DNA from: an uncultured delta proteobacterium | GTDB lineage: Bacteria; Myxococcota; Myxococcia; Myxococcales; UBA5297 | Assembly: GCA_963772225.1 (NCBI GenBank) | Contig: CAVYWD010000002.1 | Coordinates: forward strand, 2,138,872-2,202,871 | DNA: 64,000 nucleotides | Reading direction: 5' to 3' | In this document: positions 9,174 through 19,101 of the stretch, piece after piece | Layout: every line of letters starts with the position of its first letter | Numbering within the stretch: position 1 is the stretch's first letter | The notes under the pieces: model-generated | Told to the model about the DNA's origin: nothing | Database searches by the model: none | Seen by the model: the letters and a program-made list of their open reading frames with translations, nothing else | Program-made: the position numbers and the translations under genes

Positions 9174-10320
9174 TCAACCGCCCCTCAGGATCTCCCGGGC
9201 GATGACCAGCCGTTGGATTCTGCGAGGTGCCCTCGTAGACCTGGATGAGCTTCGCGTCCCGCATCAGCTTCTCCACCGGGTACTCCTTCATGTACCCGTA
9301 CCCGCCGAAGACCTGCACGGCGTCGGTGGAGACGCGCATGGCCATGTCGGCCGCGAAGCGCTTGGCGTGGGACGAGACGAGCGTGTTGCGTTCGCCCTGG
9401 TCGAGGAGCCAGGCGCTCTTGAGCACCAGCAGCCGCGCCGCCTCGATCTCGGTGGCCATGTCGGCGAGCATGAACTGGATGCCCTCGAAGTCGGCGAGCT
9501 TCTTCCCGAACTGGGCGCGCTGGCCGGCGTAGTCGAGCGCGTGCTCCAGCGCCGCCCGGGCGATGCCCACCGAGATGGCCGCGGTGAGCGGGCGGCTGTT
9601 GTCCAGGGTCTTCATGGCGATCTCGAAGCCCTGGCCCTCTTCGCCGATGCGGTTCTTCAATGGCACCCGCACCTCGTCGAAGACGAGCGACACCGTGTTC
9701 GAGGCCCTCTGGCCCATCTTGTTCTCGTGCCGCCCCACCGTGAGGCCCTGGGGCCGGCCCTCGACCGCGAAGCAGATGAGGCCCTTGTGGCGCAGCTTGG
9801 GGTCGAGCGTGGCGAAGACGGTGTACTGGTCGGCGACGCCGCCGTTCGTGATGAAGCACTTCTCGCCGGTGAGGACGTAGAAGTCGCCGTCGCGCCGCGC
9901 CCGCGTGGCCAGCCCCGCCACGTCGGAGCCGGCGCCGGGCTCGGTGAGGCAGAACGAGGCGAACTTGAGCTCGCTCGCCATGGGCGCGCACAGCCGCTGC
10001 CTCTGCTCGTCGCTGCCCCCGAGCAGGATGGGGAGCATCGCCAGGTCGTTGGCGACCATGGAGGTGGCCACGCCGGCGCAGCCCCAGGCGAGCTCCTCGG
10101 TGATGATCGCCTCGTCCAGGTGGGAGAGCCCGGCGCCGCCCAGGCTCTCGGTCAGCGTCAGATTCAAGAGCCCCCGCTCGAAGCCCTGGGCGATGAGCTC
10201 GCGGGGGAACTCCCCGGTCTCGTCGAAGTGCGCCGCCCTGGGCCGGACTACCTCGCGGGAGAAGGCCCTCGCCGCCTGCTGCAGCTGCTTCTGCTGCTCC
10301 GTTAGCCCGAAGTCGATCAT
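9174..10320 (-). CDS. acyl-CoA dehydrogenase, frameshifted near the 3' end as assembled (~9218)
   Basis: ORF 8986..10320 is a full-length ACAD (MIDFGLTEQQ...CLTEPGAGSDVAG...YEGTSQ). After YEGTSQ it reads NPTAGHRPG instead of the conserved IQRLVIAREIL. Removing one A from CAGAATCCAACGG restores IQRLVIAREILRGG-stop at 9174..9176 and removes the overlap with the convergent kinase gene. Confidence 0.85.
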
Positions 10321-10518
10321 GAAACCCCCGGTCGACGCACGACACTGGCGCGACGTTTGAGATTCTACCAGCCCCCGCGGAAGTCATACGCTCAAGGGTT
10401 GGGAGCAGTCGAGCGGCGCGACATCGCCGGGGACGCTGCAGCCGGCGAAGGAGATGGTCGTGGAGAGAGACCTGGGCGAGATGAAATCCGTTGCGCTCCC
10501 GCGCGCGACCGCCACCCG

Positions 10519-11253
10519 ATGAGCGCGCGAAGGGCAGAAAGCGGGAGGGCGCCCCTGCCCGTCCGCCTGGTGCTCCTGCGCCCGCGCAACCCGGAGAACC
10601 TGGGGGCGGTGGCGCGCGCCATGAAGAACTTCGGGGCCGCCGATTGGGCCGTCGTCGACCCTCGCACCCTCGACTTCCACTCGGCGCGGCGGGTCGCCGT
10701 CCACGCGGAGGAGCTGCTCGACCGCCCTCGGGTCGTCGCCTCGCTCGACGAGGCGGTCGCCGACTGTGCCTGGGTGGTGGGCACCAGCACCCGCCGCCTG
10801 TCCGGCAAGCGCCAGCTCGCCCCAGAGGCGGTCGCTCGCGAGGCCTGCTCGCGGGCGAGCTTTGGCCCCACGGCCCTCGTCTTCGGCGACGAGCGCAGCG
10901 GGATGACGAACGAGGAGCTCTTGCGCTGCCACGACCTCTCCTCCATCCCCACCGATGCCGCTCAGCCGTCCATGAACCTGGCGCAGGCCGCGGTCGTCTA
11001 CTGCTACGAGCTGAGCCGCGCGGCGCGCGTGGAGGCGCCGCCCGCCGAGACGCCTGGGGCCCTCGACGCCGAGCTCACCGCCCTGCTCGAGGCCCTGCGG
11101 GCGGCGCTGACCGCCGGCGGCTTTCTGGTGGACGAGGGCCGCAGCGCCCTGGCTGAGCTCGGAGGGACGCTTTGGCGCGCCGCGCTCTCCCGCCGCGAGG
11201 CCCGACTGTGGACGACCGCGCTCAGGAGCCTGGAGCGGCGGCTCCGAAAGTAG
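10519..11253 (+). CDS. trmJ: SPOUT RNA 2'-O-methyltransferase, TrmJ-like
   Basis: ORF 10357..11253; internal ATG at 10519. VRLVLLRPRNPENLGAVARAMKNFG...VVGTSTR...ALVFGDERSGMTNEELLRCH...SMNLAQAAVVYCYEL is colinear with E. coli TrmJ, including the C-terminal helical extension. Confidence 0.7.
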   Translation: MSARRAESGRAPLPVRLVLLRPRNPENLGAVARAMKNFGAADWAVVDPRTLDFHSARRVAVHAEELLDRPRVVASLDEAVADCAWVVGTSTRRLSGKRQLAPEAVAREACSRASFGPTALVFGDERSGMTNEELLRCHDLSSIPTDAAQPSMNLAQAAVVYCYELSRAARVEAPPAETPGALDAELTALLEALRAALTAGGFLVDEGRSALAELGGTLWRAALSRREARLWTTALRSLERRLRK

Positions 11254-11271
11254 GCGCGTGCGCGCGGCCGC

Positions 11272-12147
11272 TCAGCCCAGGTCGAGCGCGGTCCGCATCG
11301 GGTCGGCGCGCAAGAGAGCGTCCAGTCGCGAGGCCACGTCAGGCGCGCTCAGGAACGGGTGATCGCGAAAGAGGCGGCCAGACTCCGCGGCGGCGTCGAG
11401 CGCGCGCGCCCGCAACGGCGCGACCTCGGCCACGCGCGCCACGTGGGGAGCCGCGAACTGCAGGCTCGCGGGATCCACGATTCCGCTCACCACGAACCCC
11501 CGGGTCTTGCGCGCGCAGCGGCACGGATTCGCCGGGTTGAAGAGGCCGCACTTGCCTTGAAGAAAGGCTTCGAGCTGCCGGCGCCCGCGCGAAAGGATCT
11601 GCCGAAAATTGTCGCGAGAGACCTCGAGGAGCTCGGCGCCAACGGTGTCGCTCGCTCCGAAGACCTCGCCCAGAACGAAGGTCAGCCGCTGCGTCCGATC
11701 GAGGCAGAGCAGCATGCCGGTCATGCAGCCGATCTTCGCCTCCTGCATCAGGAGCTCCTCCTCGGGACCCGAGGCCGGATCCGCCTCGGGCGTCTGGTCG
11801 AGGGCGCGGGCGTAGCACTCGAAGCCGGTGACGGCCCGCTCGGCCTTGCTCCGGCGGCGGTCCAGGAGATGGTTCACCGCGATCCGGTAGGCCCAGGTGG
11901 TGAACGCGCTTTCGGCTCGGAAGGACGAGAGGCGGGTGACGATCCGCAGGAGGATCTCCTGCGTCGCGTCCTCGGCGTCCTCGCGGTTCCAGAGCGACCG
12001 GTGCGCGAGGTTGAAGATCCACGACTGGTGATGGCGAACGAGGGAGTCCAGGGCCTCGCGCGAGCCCCCCGACGCGGCGCTCGCCAGCGCCCGGTCGCGT
12101 TCGTCCGACGGCGCGTCGCCCGCGAAAGGGCTCTCCGAGCCGATCAC
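11272..12147 (-). CDS. ECF-type RNA polymerase sigma factor with a ~100-aa C-terminal extension (C-x8-C-x-C)
   Basis: ORF 11272..12381. GTG at 12147 overlaps the upstream stop (GTGA). Region 2 is NREDAEDATQEILLRIV...FTTWAYRIAVNHLLD. Region 4 is VLGEVFGASDTVGAELLEVSRDNFRQILSRGRRQL. The extension is GKCGLFNPANPCRCARK... Confidence 0.8.
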   Translation of the reverse strand: MIGSESPFAGDAPSDERDRALASAASGGSREALDSLVRHHQSWIFNLAHRSLWNREDAEDATQEILLRIVTRLSSFRAESAFTTWAYRIAVNHLLDRRRSKAERAVTGFECYARALDQTPEADPASGPEEELLMQEAKIGCMTGMLLCLDRTQRLTFVLGEVFGASDTVGAELLEVSRDNFRQILSRGRRQLEAFLQGKCGLFNPANPCRCARKTRGFVVSGIVDPASLQFAAPHVARVAEVAPLRARALDAAAESGRLFRDHPFLSAPDVASRLDALLRADPMRTALDLG

Positions 12148-12962
12148 GGCCGCGCCCCTGGAACCGTCAGGAAGCGGAGGACGGCGTCGTTGAAAGCCTC
12201 CGGGATTTCGGAGGCGAACGCGTGGCCTGCGCCTTCGAGCACGGCGAGCCTGGCTCCGGGGACGGCTCGCGCCAAATCCTGGGAGGACGAGACGGGCAAG
12301 AGCGCGTCCTCGCGGCCCACCATCACGAGGCAGGGCGCGGCGATGCGCTCGAGAAGGCCCCCTCCGTCGTGCGCGAGGCAAGCTGCGGCCTGTCGGGCGA
12401 AGCCCATGGGCGAAGGGCCGGGGACCGAGGAGAGGACTGTGACGAGCTCGGCCACGGCGGCGGTATCCGAGAGGAGGCGATCCGAAAAGACCCAGGCGAA
12501 CTGCTCGCGCAGGACGATCTCGCGAGCAGTGCCCGCCTGCAACAGGCGAGACCAGAGATCGATCACGTGTCGCGCCCGCGGGGGAAGCCGCGCCGCGCTG
12601 GCCGCGAGGACGAGCCGCTCAATCCGCTCGGGGCGATCGGCGGCCAGGCGCTGCGCCACCAGCCCGCCCATGGAGAGGCCGAGCAAGTGCGCGCGCTCGA
12701 TGCCGAGGGCATCGAGCAGCCCGAGCGCGTCGTCGGCCATCTGCGCCGTGGAATACGGGCCGGTCGGGGTCTCGGAGCGCCCTGCTCCCCTGGCGTCGTA
12801 GGCGATCACGCGAAACGACCGCGCCATGGCCGCGAGTTGGGGAGCCCAGGAACTCATGTCGAGCCCGAGGCCGTTCAAGAGCAAAAGCGGCGGCCCGTGT
12901 CCTCGGACATCCACAGCGAGACGGACGCCGCCGACGGTGACTGAGTCACTTTTCGTTGTCAT
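12144..12962 (-). CDS. alpha/beta hydrolase
   Basis: 272-aa ORF with the nucleophile elbow GLSMGG, LLLLNGLG, and a C-terminal GAGH motif. Confidence 0.8.
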   Translation of the reverse strand: MTTKSDSVTVGGVRLAVDVRGHGPPLLLLNGLGLDMSSWAPQLAAMARSFRVIAYDARGAGRSETPTGPYSTAQMADDALGLLDALGIERAHLLGLSMGGLVAQRLAADRPERIERLVLAASAARLPPRARHVIDLWSRLLQAGTAREIVLREQFAWVFSDRLLSDTAAVAELVTVLSSVPGPSPMGFARQAAACLAHDGGGLLERIAAPCLVMVGREDALLPVSSSQDLARAVPGARLAVLEGAGHAFASEIPEAFNDAVLRFLTVPGARP

Positions 12963-13092
12963 GCCTCCTTGGACGGGCGGAGGCAGGGGCCTGTGACAGT
13001 TGCGCGTTATTGGGAAACCCGAGAACGGGGGCCGAGGGCGAACCGATTTCGGGGAACGGCCCGATGGGGCCGCGACGCGCCCGTCAGGACCT

Positions 13093-13941
13093 CTATGAGC
13101 GCTCGTTCGAACCGCTGGGTTTGGCGAGACTTGCCGAGGTCAGCTCACGGACCTCGGGGAATGCGCCTCGAATGCGGCCTTCGTGAAAGGCCAGCTGGCC
13201 GAGGCGAGCGGGAAGCGCGGCGGGATCGACCTTGGCGAGCTCGCGGCCGTCGAGGACGACCTTCCCGGCATGCTCCACGGGCAGGAGGGCGACGAGCTCG
13301 CGCGCCAGAGCGATGGATTGGTGCCAGCGCCCGGAGAGCGCGGCTGCGTCGGGCGTGGGCCCGTCGAAGTGGAGGCTGTCGATCTCGGCCTGGTTGTAGC
13401 GCGTGCGCGCGGCCTCTTCGACGATGGCCGCGGGGCTGAGCCCCGGGTCCTTGCCCGTGGCCGCCCAAGCGAGATACCCGAGCGGCTGCACGGTCAGGTC
13501 GCAGTGAAGCAGGTCGATCCAGTCGCGCGGCTCGCGGCGCCCGGCGACCGCGAGGATCTTGTTGGTCGCGAGATCGACCGGGTGCATCGTCAGGCCGAGC
13601 TCGGGGTGCTCGACCAGCGGGAAGAAGCGGTAGGCGCTGTCGTGCACCCACTGGATGAGGGTGGTTTCGGCGCCCTGCGACACCTGCGCTTCGACGAAGG
13701 ACGGGAGCTCCCGGATCACTCGGATCGAAAGGCCGGCCCGCGCGAGGCTCTCTCGGTCGCTCGCCCATGCCGCCGCGAGGGCGGCCTGAGCGTCGTGGAA
13801 CAGATCGATGTCCTTCGAACGGCGATGCCCGGCGAGGAGCTCGTTGAGAGCGACGCCGCCGGCGACATAGCTCTCGCCGGAGCGCCTGCGCTCGTCGGCT
13901 AGGAGCCTGCAGACGCGCCGCTGGAACTCCGTGAGAGCCAT
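13093..13941 (-). CDS. nucleotidyltransferase, AbiEii/AbiGii (DUF1814) toxin-like family
   Basis: ORF 13093..14076. ATG at 13941 gives MALTEFQRRVCRLL. YVAGGVALNELLAGHRRSKDIDLF matches the GG[ST]AL...R.S.D[IL]D[FL] NTase signature of this family. Size is 282 aa. Confidence 0.6.
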   Translation of the reverse strand: MALTEFQRRVCRLLADERRRSGESYVAGGVALNELLAGHRRSKDIDLFHDAQAALAAAWASDRESLARAGLSIRVIRELPSFVEAQVSQGAETTLIQWVHDSAYRFFPLVEHPELGLTMHPVDLATNKILAVAGRREPRDWIDLLHCDLTVQPLGYLAWAATGKDPGLSPAAIVEEAARTRYNQAEIDSLHFDGPTPDAAALSGRWHQSIALARELVALLPVEHAGKVVLDGRELAKVDPAALPARLGQLAFHEGRIRGAFPEVRELTSASLAKPSGSNERS

Positions 13942-14147
13942 TCTTTGAGCCTCCCGGCGCGAATGAAGGTGTCTCGGTCGGCGTGCCTCTGGATCGCGCC
14001 GAGGACCCTCAGGCGATCGGCCCGGGTGAGAGGGTAGTAGTCGGGTCGCAGGTACCAGAGAGACGCGCTTCGGCACTCGTCGACGAGCTCGTCGATTCGG
14101 CGGGCGAGCTCGTCATCGGAGGGGCGGTCTGGCTCGGGAGAGTCCAT
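13899..14147 (-). CDS. small hypothetical protein, possible cognate partner of the AbiEii-like gene
   Basis: 82-aa ORF with protein-like composition (MDSPEPDRPSDDELARRIDELVDECRSASLWYLRPDYYPLTRADRLRVLGAIQRHADRDTF...). Its 3' end overlaps the downstream start by 43 nt. Confidence 0.5.
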   Translation of the reverse strand: MDSPEPDRPSDDELARRIDELVDECRSASLWYLRPDYYPLTRADRLRVLGAIQRHADRDTFIRAGRLKEWLSRSSSGASAGS

Positions 14148-14234
14148 GGCGATGCACGCGCAATCTTAGCAAGGGCTTCGGCGATTGGCTTGGCGCATGG
14201 GCGCGGACTTTCCCGGGCGCTTTGCGGCGCGGCC

Positions 14235-14987
14235 CTACCACCCGACCCGCTCGCCGAGGGTGTGCGCCAGCATGCGGTGCCAGGTCGGCCAGTCGTGCGG
14301 CATGTCGCGGCCCCAGAGGTCGAGATTGTGCGGGATCTGCCGGCTCGCCAGGACCCGCGAAAATGCGGTGGTGTGCTCCGGCCGCTCCCAGGCGCCCTGG
14401 CCGGTCAACAGGTGGATCTGCGAGCGCTCGCGGATGAACTCGAGCAACCAGCCCTCTTGCAGGTTGGGCACGAACCAGCTCGGGTTGTTGTAGTAGCAGT
14501 CCTCGTCCGAGTAGCCGCCCAACACCTCGGCGAGGTCGTAGAAGCCGCTCATCCCGATGAGGCAGTCGAACAGGTCGGGCCTGCGGAAGAACTGATTCGC
14601 CGCGTGAAAGGCGCCGAACGAGGGGCCTCCGACGGCGATGCGCGCGTGGAGGTCGCCGAGCACATGGCGAACGTGCGGGACCACCTCCTCCTCGACGTAC
14701 GCCGAGTAGAGCCCTTGGCGGCGGGAGCGCTCGCGCAGGGGCACCGCCTCGTTGGCCCATGCCATCCGGTTCACGCTGCCGATGCAGAAGACCCGCACGC
14801 GCCCCGCTTCGATGAGCGGGCGCACGGCGTCGATGAGCCCGTGCGTTTCGCAGTTCAGGTAGTCCGCGTCGCCGGCCGGGTAGAGCACGAGCGCGTGCCC
14901 CCAGTGGCCGTAGCTGGCAATGGGCATCTGCATGTCCAGCCTGGGGCTGTACCAACTCGACAACGAGCGGCGGAAGTAGTCGGTCAA
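14235..14987 (-). CDS. esterase family protein (putative esterase / esterase D-like alpha/beta fold)
   Basis: ORF 14235..15125. TTG at 14987 is preceded by GGAGGA with an 8-nt spacer; an alternative ATG lies at 15026. WYSPRLDMQMPIASYGHWGHALVLYP and GGPSFGAFHAAN are typical of the family. Confidence 0.7.
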   Translation of the reverse strand: MTDYFRRSLSSWYSPRLDMQMPIASYGHWGHALVLYPAGDADYLNCETHGLIDAVRPLIEAGRVRVFCIGSVNRMAWANEAVPLRERSRRQGLYSAYVEEEVVPHVRHVLGDLHARIAVGGPSFGAFHAANQFFRRPDLFDCLIGMSGFYDLAEVLGGYSDEDCYYNNPSWFVPNLQEGWLLEFIRERSQIHLLTGQGAWERPEHTTAFSRVLASRQIPHNLDLWGRDMPHDWPTWHRMLAHTLGERVGW

Positions 14988-15295
14988 GGATGGAGTCCTC
15001 CGCGTCCGTCTCGCCCACGTCGCCATGCTGCTCGCCTCGCCGCAGCTCTGGCGAGAGGGCCGAGGGCCCGATCCGTCCTCGCGTAGCCTGGTCAACGCGA
15101 GCGCCGCGCGCCCGACATCGCCCACCGATTGACGCGGCGCATCCTCGCGCTCGCTCTGCGGCCGAACAACACCCCAGTCGGCTCCCTCCTCGGGCGCTGA
15201 CGACGCGGGCCAGACAGTGTATAAGCCGAGACCCCTCTGCCAAGGTACCGCGAGCGAACCGCGAGATTTCTTACTCTGAAGAAAGAGGAAAGCAC

Positions 15296-17848
15296 GTGAT
15301 CGACGCCTATTTGAACCATGAAGCTGAGCGCAAGGCGCTGGGCATCCCGGCGCGCGCCCTCAATGCGGAGCAGACCCGCGAGCTGGTGAAGCTCCTGGAG
15401 AGCCCGCCCGCCGGCCGCGAGGCATTCCTCGTCGACCTCCTCAAGAACCGGATCAACCCCGGCGTGGACCCCGCCGCCGAGGTGAAGGCCGGCTTCTTGG
15501 CGCGGATCCTCACGGGAGAGGTGAGCTCGCCCGTCGTCTCCAAGAAGGACGCCATCCAGATGCTCGGCACCATGATGGGCGGCTACAACGTCGCCCCGCT
15601 CGTGGCGGCTCTGGAGAACGCCGAGCTCGCGGAAGACGCGGCCAAGGCGCTCGGCGGCATCACCCAGGTCTACGACGCCTTCGACCAGGTGCTCGCGCTC
15701 TCCAAGACCAACGACGCGGCCAAGAAGGTCGTCGAGAGCTGGGCCAACGCCGAGTGGTTCCTGAGCCGCGCGGGCGTGCCGGAGTCCATCAAGGTCCGGG
15801 CGTTCAAGGTCGACGGGGAGATCAACACCGACGACTTCTCCCCGGCCGGCGACGCCTCCACCCGCCCCGACATCCCGCTGCACGCTCTGGCCATGGGCAA
15901 GTCGCGCTTCCCCGGCGGCGTGAAGACCATCGCCGAGCTGCGCGCGCAGGGCCTGCCGGTCGCCTTCGTCGGCGACGTGGTCGGCACCGGCAGCTCGCGC
16001 AAGTCGGCGTGCAACAGCGTGCTGTGGCACATCGGCGAGGACATCCCCTGCGTGCCCAACAAGCGGCGCGCGGGCGTCATCATCGGCGGCGTCATCGCGC
16101 CCATCTTCTTCAACACCGCCGAGGACTCGGGCGCCCTGCCCCTCAAGGCCGACGTCTCGGCCGTCAAGACCGGCGACGTCCTGGTCATCGACACCAAGGC
16201 CGGCGAGATCAAGCGGGAGAGCGGCGAGCTCGTCTCCAAGTTCGCGCTCGCGCCCAGCACCTTGGCCGACGAGTACCGCGCCGGCGGCCGCATCCCGCTC
16301 ATCATCGGCCGCGCGCTCACCGAGCGCGCCCGCAAGGCGCTCGGCCTGCCGCGAGGCACCTTCTTCGCCACCGCCCAGAACCCCAAGGCGAAGCCGGGCC
16401 AGGGCTACTCCTTGGCGCAGAAGATGGTCGGCAAGGCCTGCGGCTCGAAGGGCGTGCTGCCCGGCTCCTCTTGCGAGCCGAAAATGACCACCGTCGGTTC
16501 CCAGGACACCACGGGCCCCATGACCGCCGACGAGCTCACCGAGCTCGCGTGCCTGAAGTTCCAGGCGCCCCTGTTCATGCAGTCGTTCTGCCACACCGCG
16601 GCCTATCCCAAGGTCGCGGACGTGAAGATGCAGAAGAGCCTGCCCAACTTCGTCGAGGCGCGCGGCGGCGTGGCGCTGCGGCCGGGCGACGGCGTCATCC
16701 ACAGCTGGCTCAACCGGCTGCTCCTGCCTGACACCGTCGGAACCGGCGGCGACAGCCATACCCGCTTCCCCATCGGCATCAGCTTCCCGGCGGGTTCGGG
16801 CCTCGTCGCCTTCGCCGGCGCGCTCGGCTTCATGCCGCTCGACATGCCCGAGAGCGTGCTGGTGCGCTTCAAGGGCGACCTGCCCGTGGGGATCACCCTG
16901 CGCGACGTAGTCAACGCCATCCCGCTCTGGGCCATTCAGCAGGGGCTGCTCACGGTTCCCAAGAAGGGCAAGAAGAACATCTTCAACGGGCGCATCCTGG
17001 AGATGGAAGGCCTGCCCGACCTCTCGGTGGAGCAGGCCTTCGAGCTTACCGACGCCGCCGCCGAGCGCTCCGCCGCCGCCGCCTGCGTTCAGCTCAGCGA
17101 GAAGAGCATCGCCACCTACCTGCGCAGCAACGTCGCCCTCATGAAGAAGATGGTGGCCGACGGCTACGGCGACGCGAAGACGCTCAAGAAGCGCGTCCAG
17201 GCCGTGGAGAAGTGGCTCAAGAAGCCCGAGCTGCTCAAGGCCGACGCCAACGCGGAATACGCCGCCGTCATCGAAATCGACCTGGCGCAGATCAAGGAGC
17301 CCATCCTCGCCTGCCCCAACGACCCCGACGACGTGAAGTGGCTCACCGAGGTCGCGGGCACCAAGATCGACGACGTCTTCCTGGGCTCCTGCATGACCAA
17401 CATCGGGCACTTCCGCGCCGCCGGGGAAATCTGGAAGGGTCAGCCGTTCAACGCGGCGGTCCGCACCTGGCTCTGCCCGCCGACGCGGATGGATCAGCAG
17501 CAGCTCAAGGAGGAGGCCTTCTTCTCGGTCTACTCGCAGATCGGCGCCCGCCTCGAGACCGCCGGGTGCTCTCTCTGCATGGGCAACCAGGCCCGCGTCC
17601 CCAACGGCGTGACGGTCTTCTCGACCTCCACGCGCAATTTCGACGACCGCATGGGCAACGGCGCCAAGGTGTTCCTGGGGTCCGCCGAGCTCGGGGCGGT
17701 GGCCGCCAACCTGGGCCGCCTGCCGACCCCGGCCGAGTACCTGGCGGCCTACCAGGAAAAGATCGGCCCCAAAAAGGACTCCATCTACCGCTACCTGCAG
17801 TTCGACGAGCTGGCGGGTTACGCGCCGCCAGATCGAGGGGCAGCCTAA
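15296..17848 (+). CDS. acnB: aconitate hydratase B (bifunctional aconitase / 2-methylisocitrate dehydratase)
   Basis: Real part of ORF 14990..17848. GTG at 15296 follows AGAGGAAAG. VIDAYLNHEAERKALGIPARALNAEQTRELVKLLESPPAGREAFLVDLLKNRINPGVD... is colinear with E. coli AcnB to the end (850 aa), including the Fe-S ligand region GSCMTN...CSLCMGNQ. Confidence 0.95.
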   Translation: MIDAYLNHEAERKALGIPARALNAEQTRELVKLLESPPAGREAFLVDLLKNRINPGVDPAAEVKAGFLARILTGEVSSPVVSKKDAIQMLGTMMGGYNVAPLVAALENAELAEDAAKALGGITQVYDAFDQVLALSKTNDAAKKVVESWANAEWFLSRAGVPESIKVRAFKVDGEINTDDFSPAGDASTRPDIPLHALAMGKSRFPGGVKTIAELRAQGLPVAFVGDVVGTGSSRKSACNSVLWHIGEDIPCVPNKRRAGVIIGGVIAPIFFNTAEDSGALPLKADVSAVKTGDVLVIDTKAGEIKRESGELVSKFALAPSTLADEYRAGGRIPLIIGRALTERARKALGLPRGTFFATAQNPKAKPGQGYSLAQKMVGKACGSKGVLPGSSCEPKMTTVGSQDTTGPMTADELTELACLKFQAPLFMQSFCHTAAYPKVADVKMQKSLPNFVEARGGVALRPGDGVIHSWLNRLLLPDTVGTGGDSHTRFPIGISFPAGSGLVAFAGALGFMPLDMPESVLVRFKGDLPVGITLRDVVNAIPLWAIQQGLLTVPKKGKKNIFNGRILEMEGLPDLSVEQAFELTDAAAERSAAAACVQLSEKSIATYLRSNVALMKKMVADGYGDAKTLKKRVQAVEKWLKKPELLKADANAEYAAVIEIDLAQIKEPILACPNDPDDVKWLTEVAGTKIDDVFLGSCMTNIGHFRAAGEIWKGQPFNAAVRTWLCPPTRMDQQQLKEEAFFSVYSQIGARLETAGCSLCMGNQARVPNGVTVFSTSTRNFDDRMGNGAKVFLGSAELGAVAANLGRLPTPAEYLAAYQEKIGPKKDSIYRYLQFDELAGYAPPDRGAA

Positions 17849-18387
17849 CCACCCTAAACCGGCCGAGCCGGAACCAACGAGGGTTGCCTTAGGCTCCAGA
17901 CCCCAGGCTCCGGGTACTGCAGCTCCTGGGGCCCGGGGGCTGAAACCTGGAGTCTTTGCCATCCGCTGCCGCGGAGCCATCGGCTGCGCAAGCGTCGGGA
18001 CATCGTGGGCGTGCAGGACCGCGGGGAGCGTTTCGCGGTCGGGACTCTCGTGGTGATGATGGCGCTGCGCAAGATTTCCTCGCGAGGGGACTAAGGTCTC
18101 ATCCACGCCGGCCGCCCGGGCTCCTCAAAGGGCTCGGGCGGCTCGCAGCCCGGCGCGACTCGCACTGGCGGTGTGAGCAGCCCCTGTGTCGCCTCGACCC
18201 TCTCGCGCGCTCTCGACCCACCCCCGAGCCGGAGGCGAGAGGGCGCACGAGACCTCAACTGCGCTTTCCCGCGCAAGTCGCCGCCCCCGACGTAGTGAGC
18301 CGAGGCTCGCCCTCTCGCCGAAAGCGGCACCTGCACATCGCGCGGCCCCTCAGAGGCCTGGCGCGCGATTTGCGTAATGGCCCCGGC

Positions 18388-19035
18388 ATGACCGCCATGC
18401 GAATCCTCGTGATTGCGCCCGCGCCGCCCCTCGACGTGCATGCCGCCCTGCGGCCCATGGGGGCCGAGGTCGCCGACGCCTGGAGCCTGGAAGTCGCGAT
18501 CGCGTCCCACCGGGCGTCGCCGTGCCAGGTCGTTGTGCTCGACCGCCGCATCGGCCGGTCGGAGCCGGAGCCCGCCGCCGCAGCGGCGGCCCTGCAGATT
18601 CCCTGCGTCCTTTTAAGCGACGCCGCCTTGAACGGCTCGGTGAGCGTCGCCAAGCTCGCCGAGGCGGTGGGGCGCGCCGCCGCCCCGTCGCAGGAGTCGG
18701 CCATCGACTGGGCCGACCTTCGCGACCGCCTCGAGGGAGACGAAGGTTTGGGGCTGGAGGTGCTCGCGGCCTTCGCGGGCGACGCACCTGATCTGGTCCG
18801 CCGTCTGAAGGAGCTCGTTCTTTCGGGCGCGGACTGCCCGTCCATCACGCGCCTGGCCCACCAGATCAAGGGGGCGGCGGCGAACGCGAGCGTGAAGGGC
18901 ATGCGCGCGGCCGCCCATCAGATCGAGCTCGCCGGCAAGTCCTGCGCGCGCGACAGCTTTCCCGCCCCCCTGGCCGCGCTCGAGGCAGGGCTGGCAGCGC
19001 TCCAGAAAGAGCTGTCGGCGCGGCGTCGCCCGTAG
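18388..19035 (+). CDS. Hpt phosphotransfer protein with a degenerate N-terminal receiver-like domain
   Basis: Real part of ORF 17956..19035; ATG at 18388. The C-terminal part has the Hpt motif RLAHQIKGAAANASV. The N-terminal MRILVIAPAPP...VVVLDRRI is receiver-like but lacks the acidic pair. Confidence 0.65.
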   Translation: MTAMRILVIAPAPPLDVHAALRPMGAEVADAWSLEVAIASHRASPCQVVVLDRRIGRSEPEPAAAAAALQIPCVLLSDAALNGSVSVAKLAEAVGRAAAPSQESAIDWADLRDRLEGDEGLGLEVLAAFAGDAPDLVRRLKELVLSGADCPSITRLAHQIKGAAANASVKGMRAAAHQIELAGKSCARDSFPAPLAALEAGLAALQKELSARRRP

Positions 19036-19101
19036 AAGCGCCCGAGGCCCGCCCTCGCAAACTTTGGACAAGGGCGGGACGGCGTCGCATGCCTGCGGGC
19101 C

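Noticed and set aside
15092-18106. 1004-aa minus-strand ORF, and the nested ORFs 15754..16731 and 17212..17892.
   Set aside because: They are antisense or off-frame to acnB, whose product aligns end to end with E. coli AcnB. Their composition is Arg/Gly/Ala/Asp/Glu junk.
17849-18387. 540-bp gap after acnB, examined for a small ORF (30 codons, VGVQDRGERFAVGTLVVMMALRKISSRGD) or a structured RNA.
   Set aside because: There is no convincing start/RBS, no recognisable RNA motif and no conserved-looking structure. It is left unannotated.
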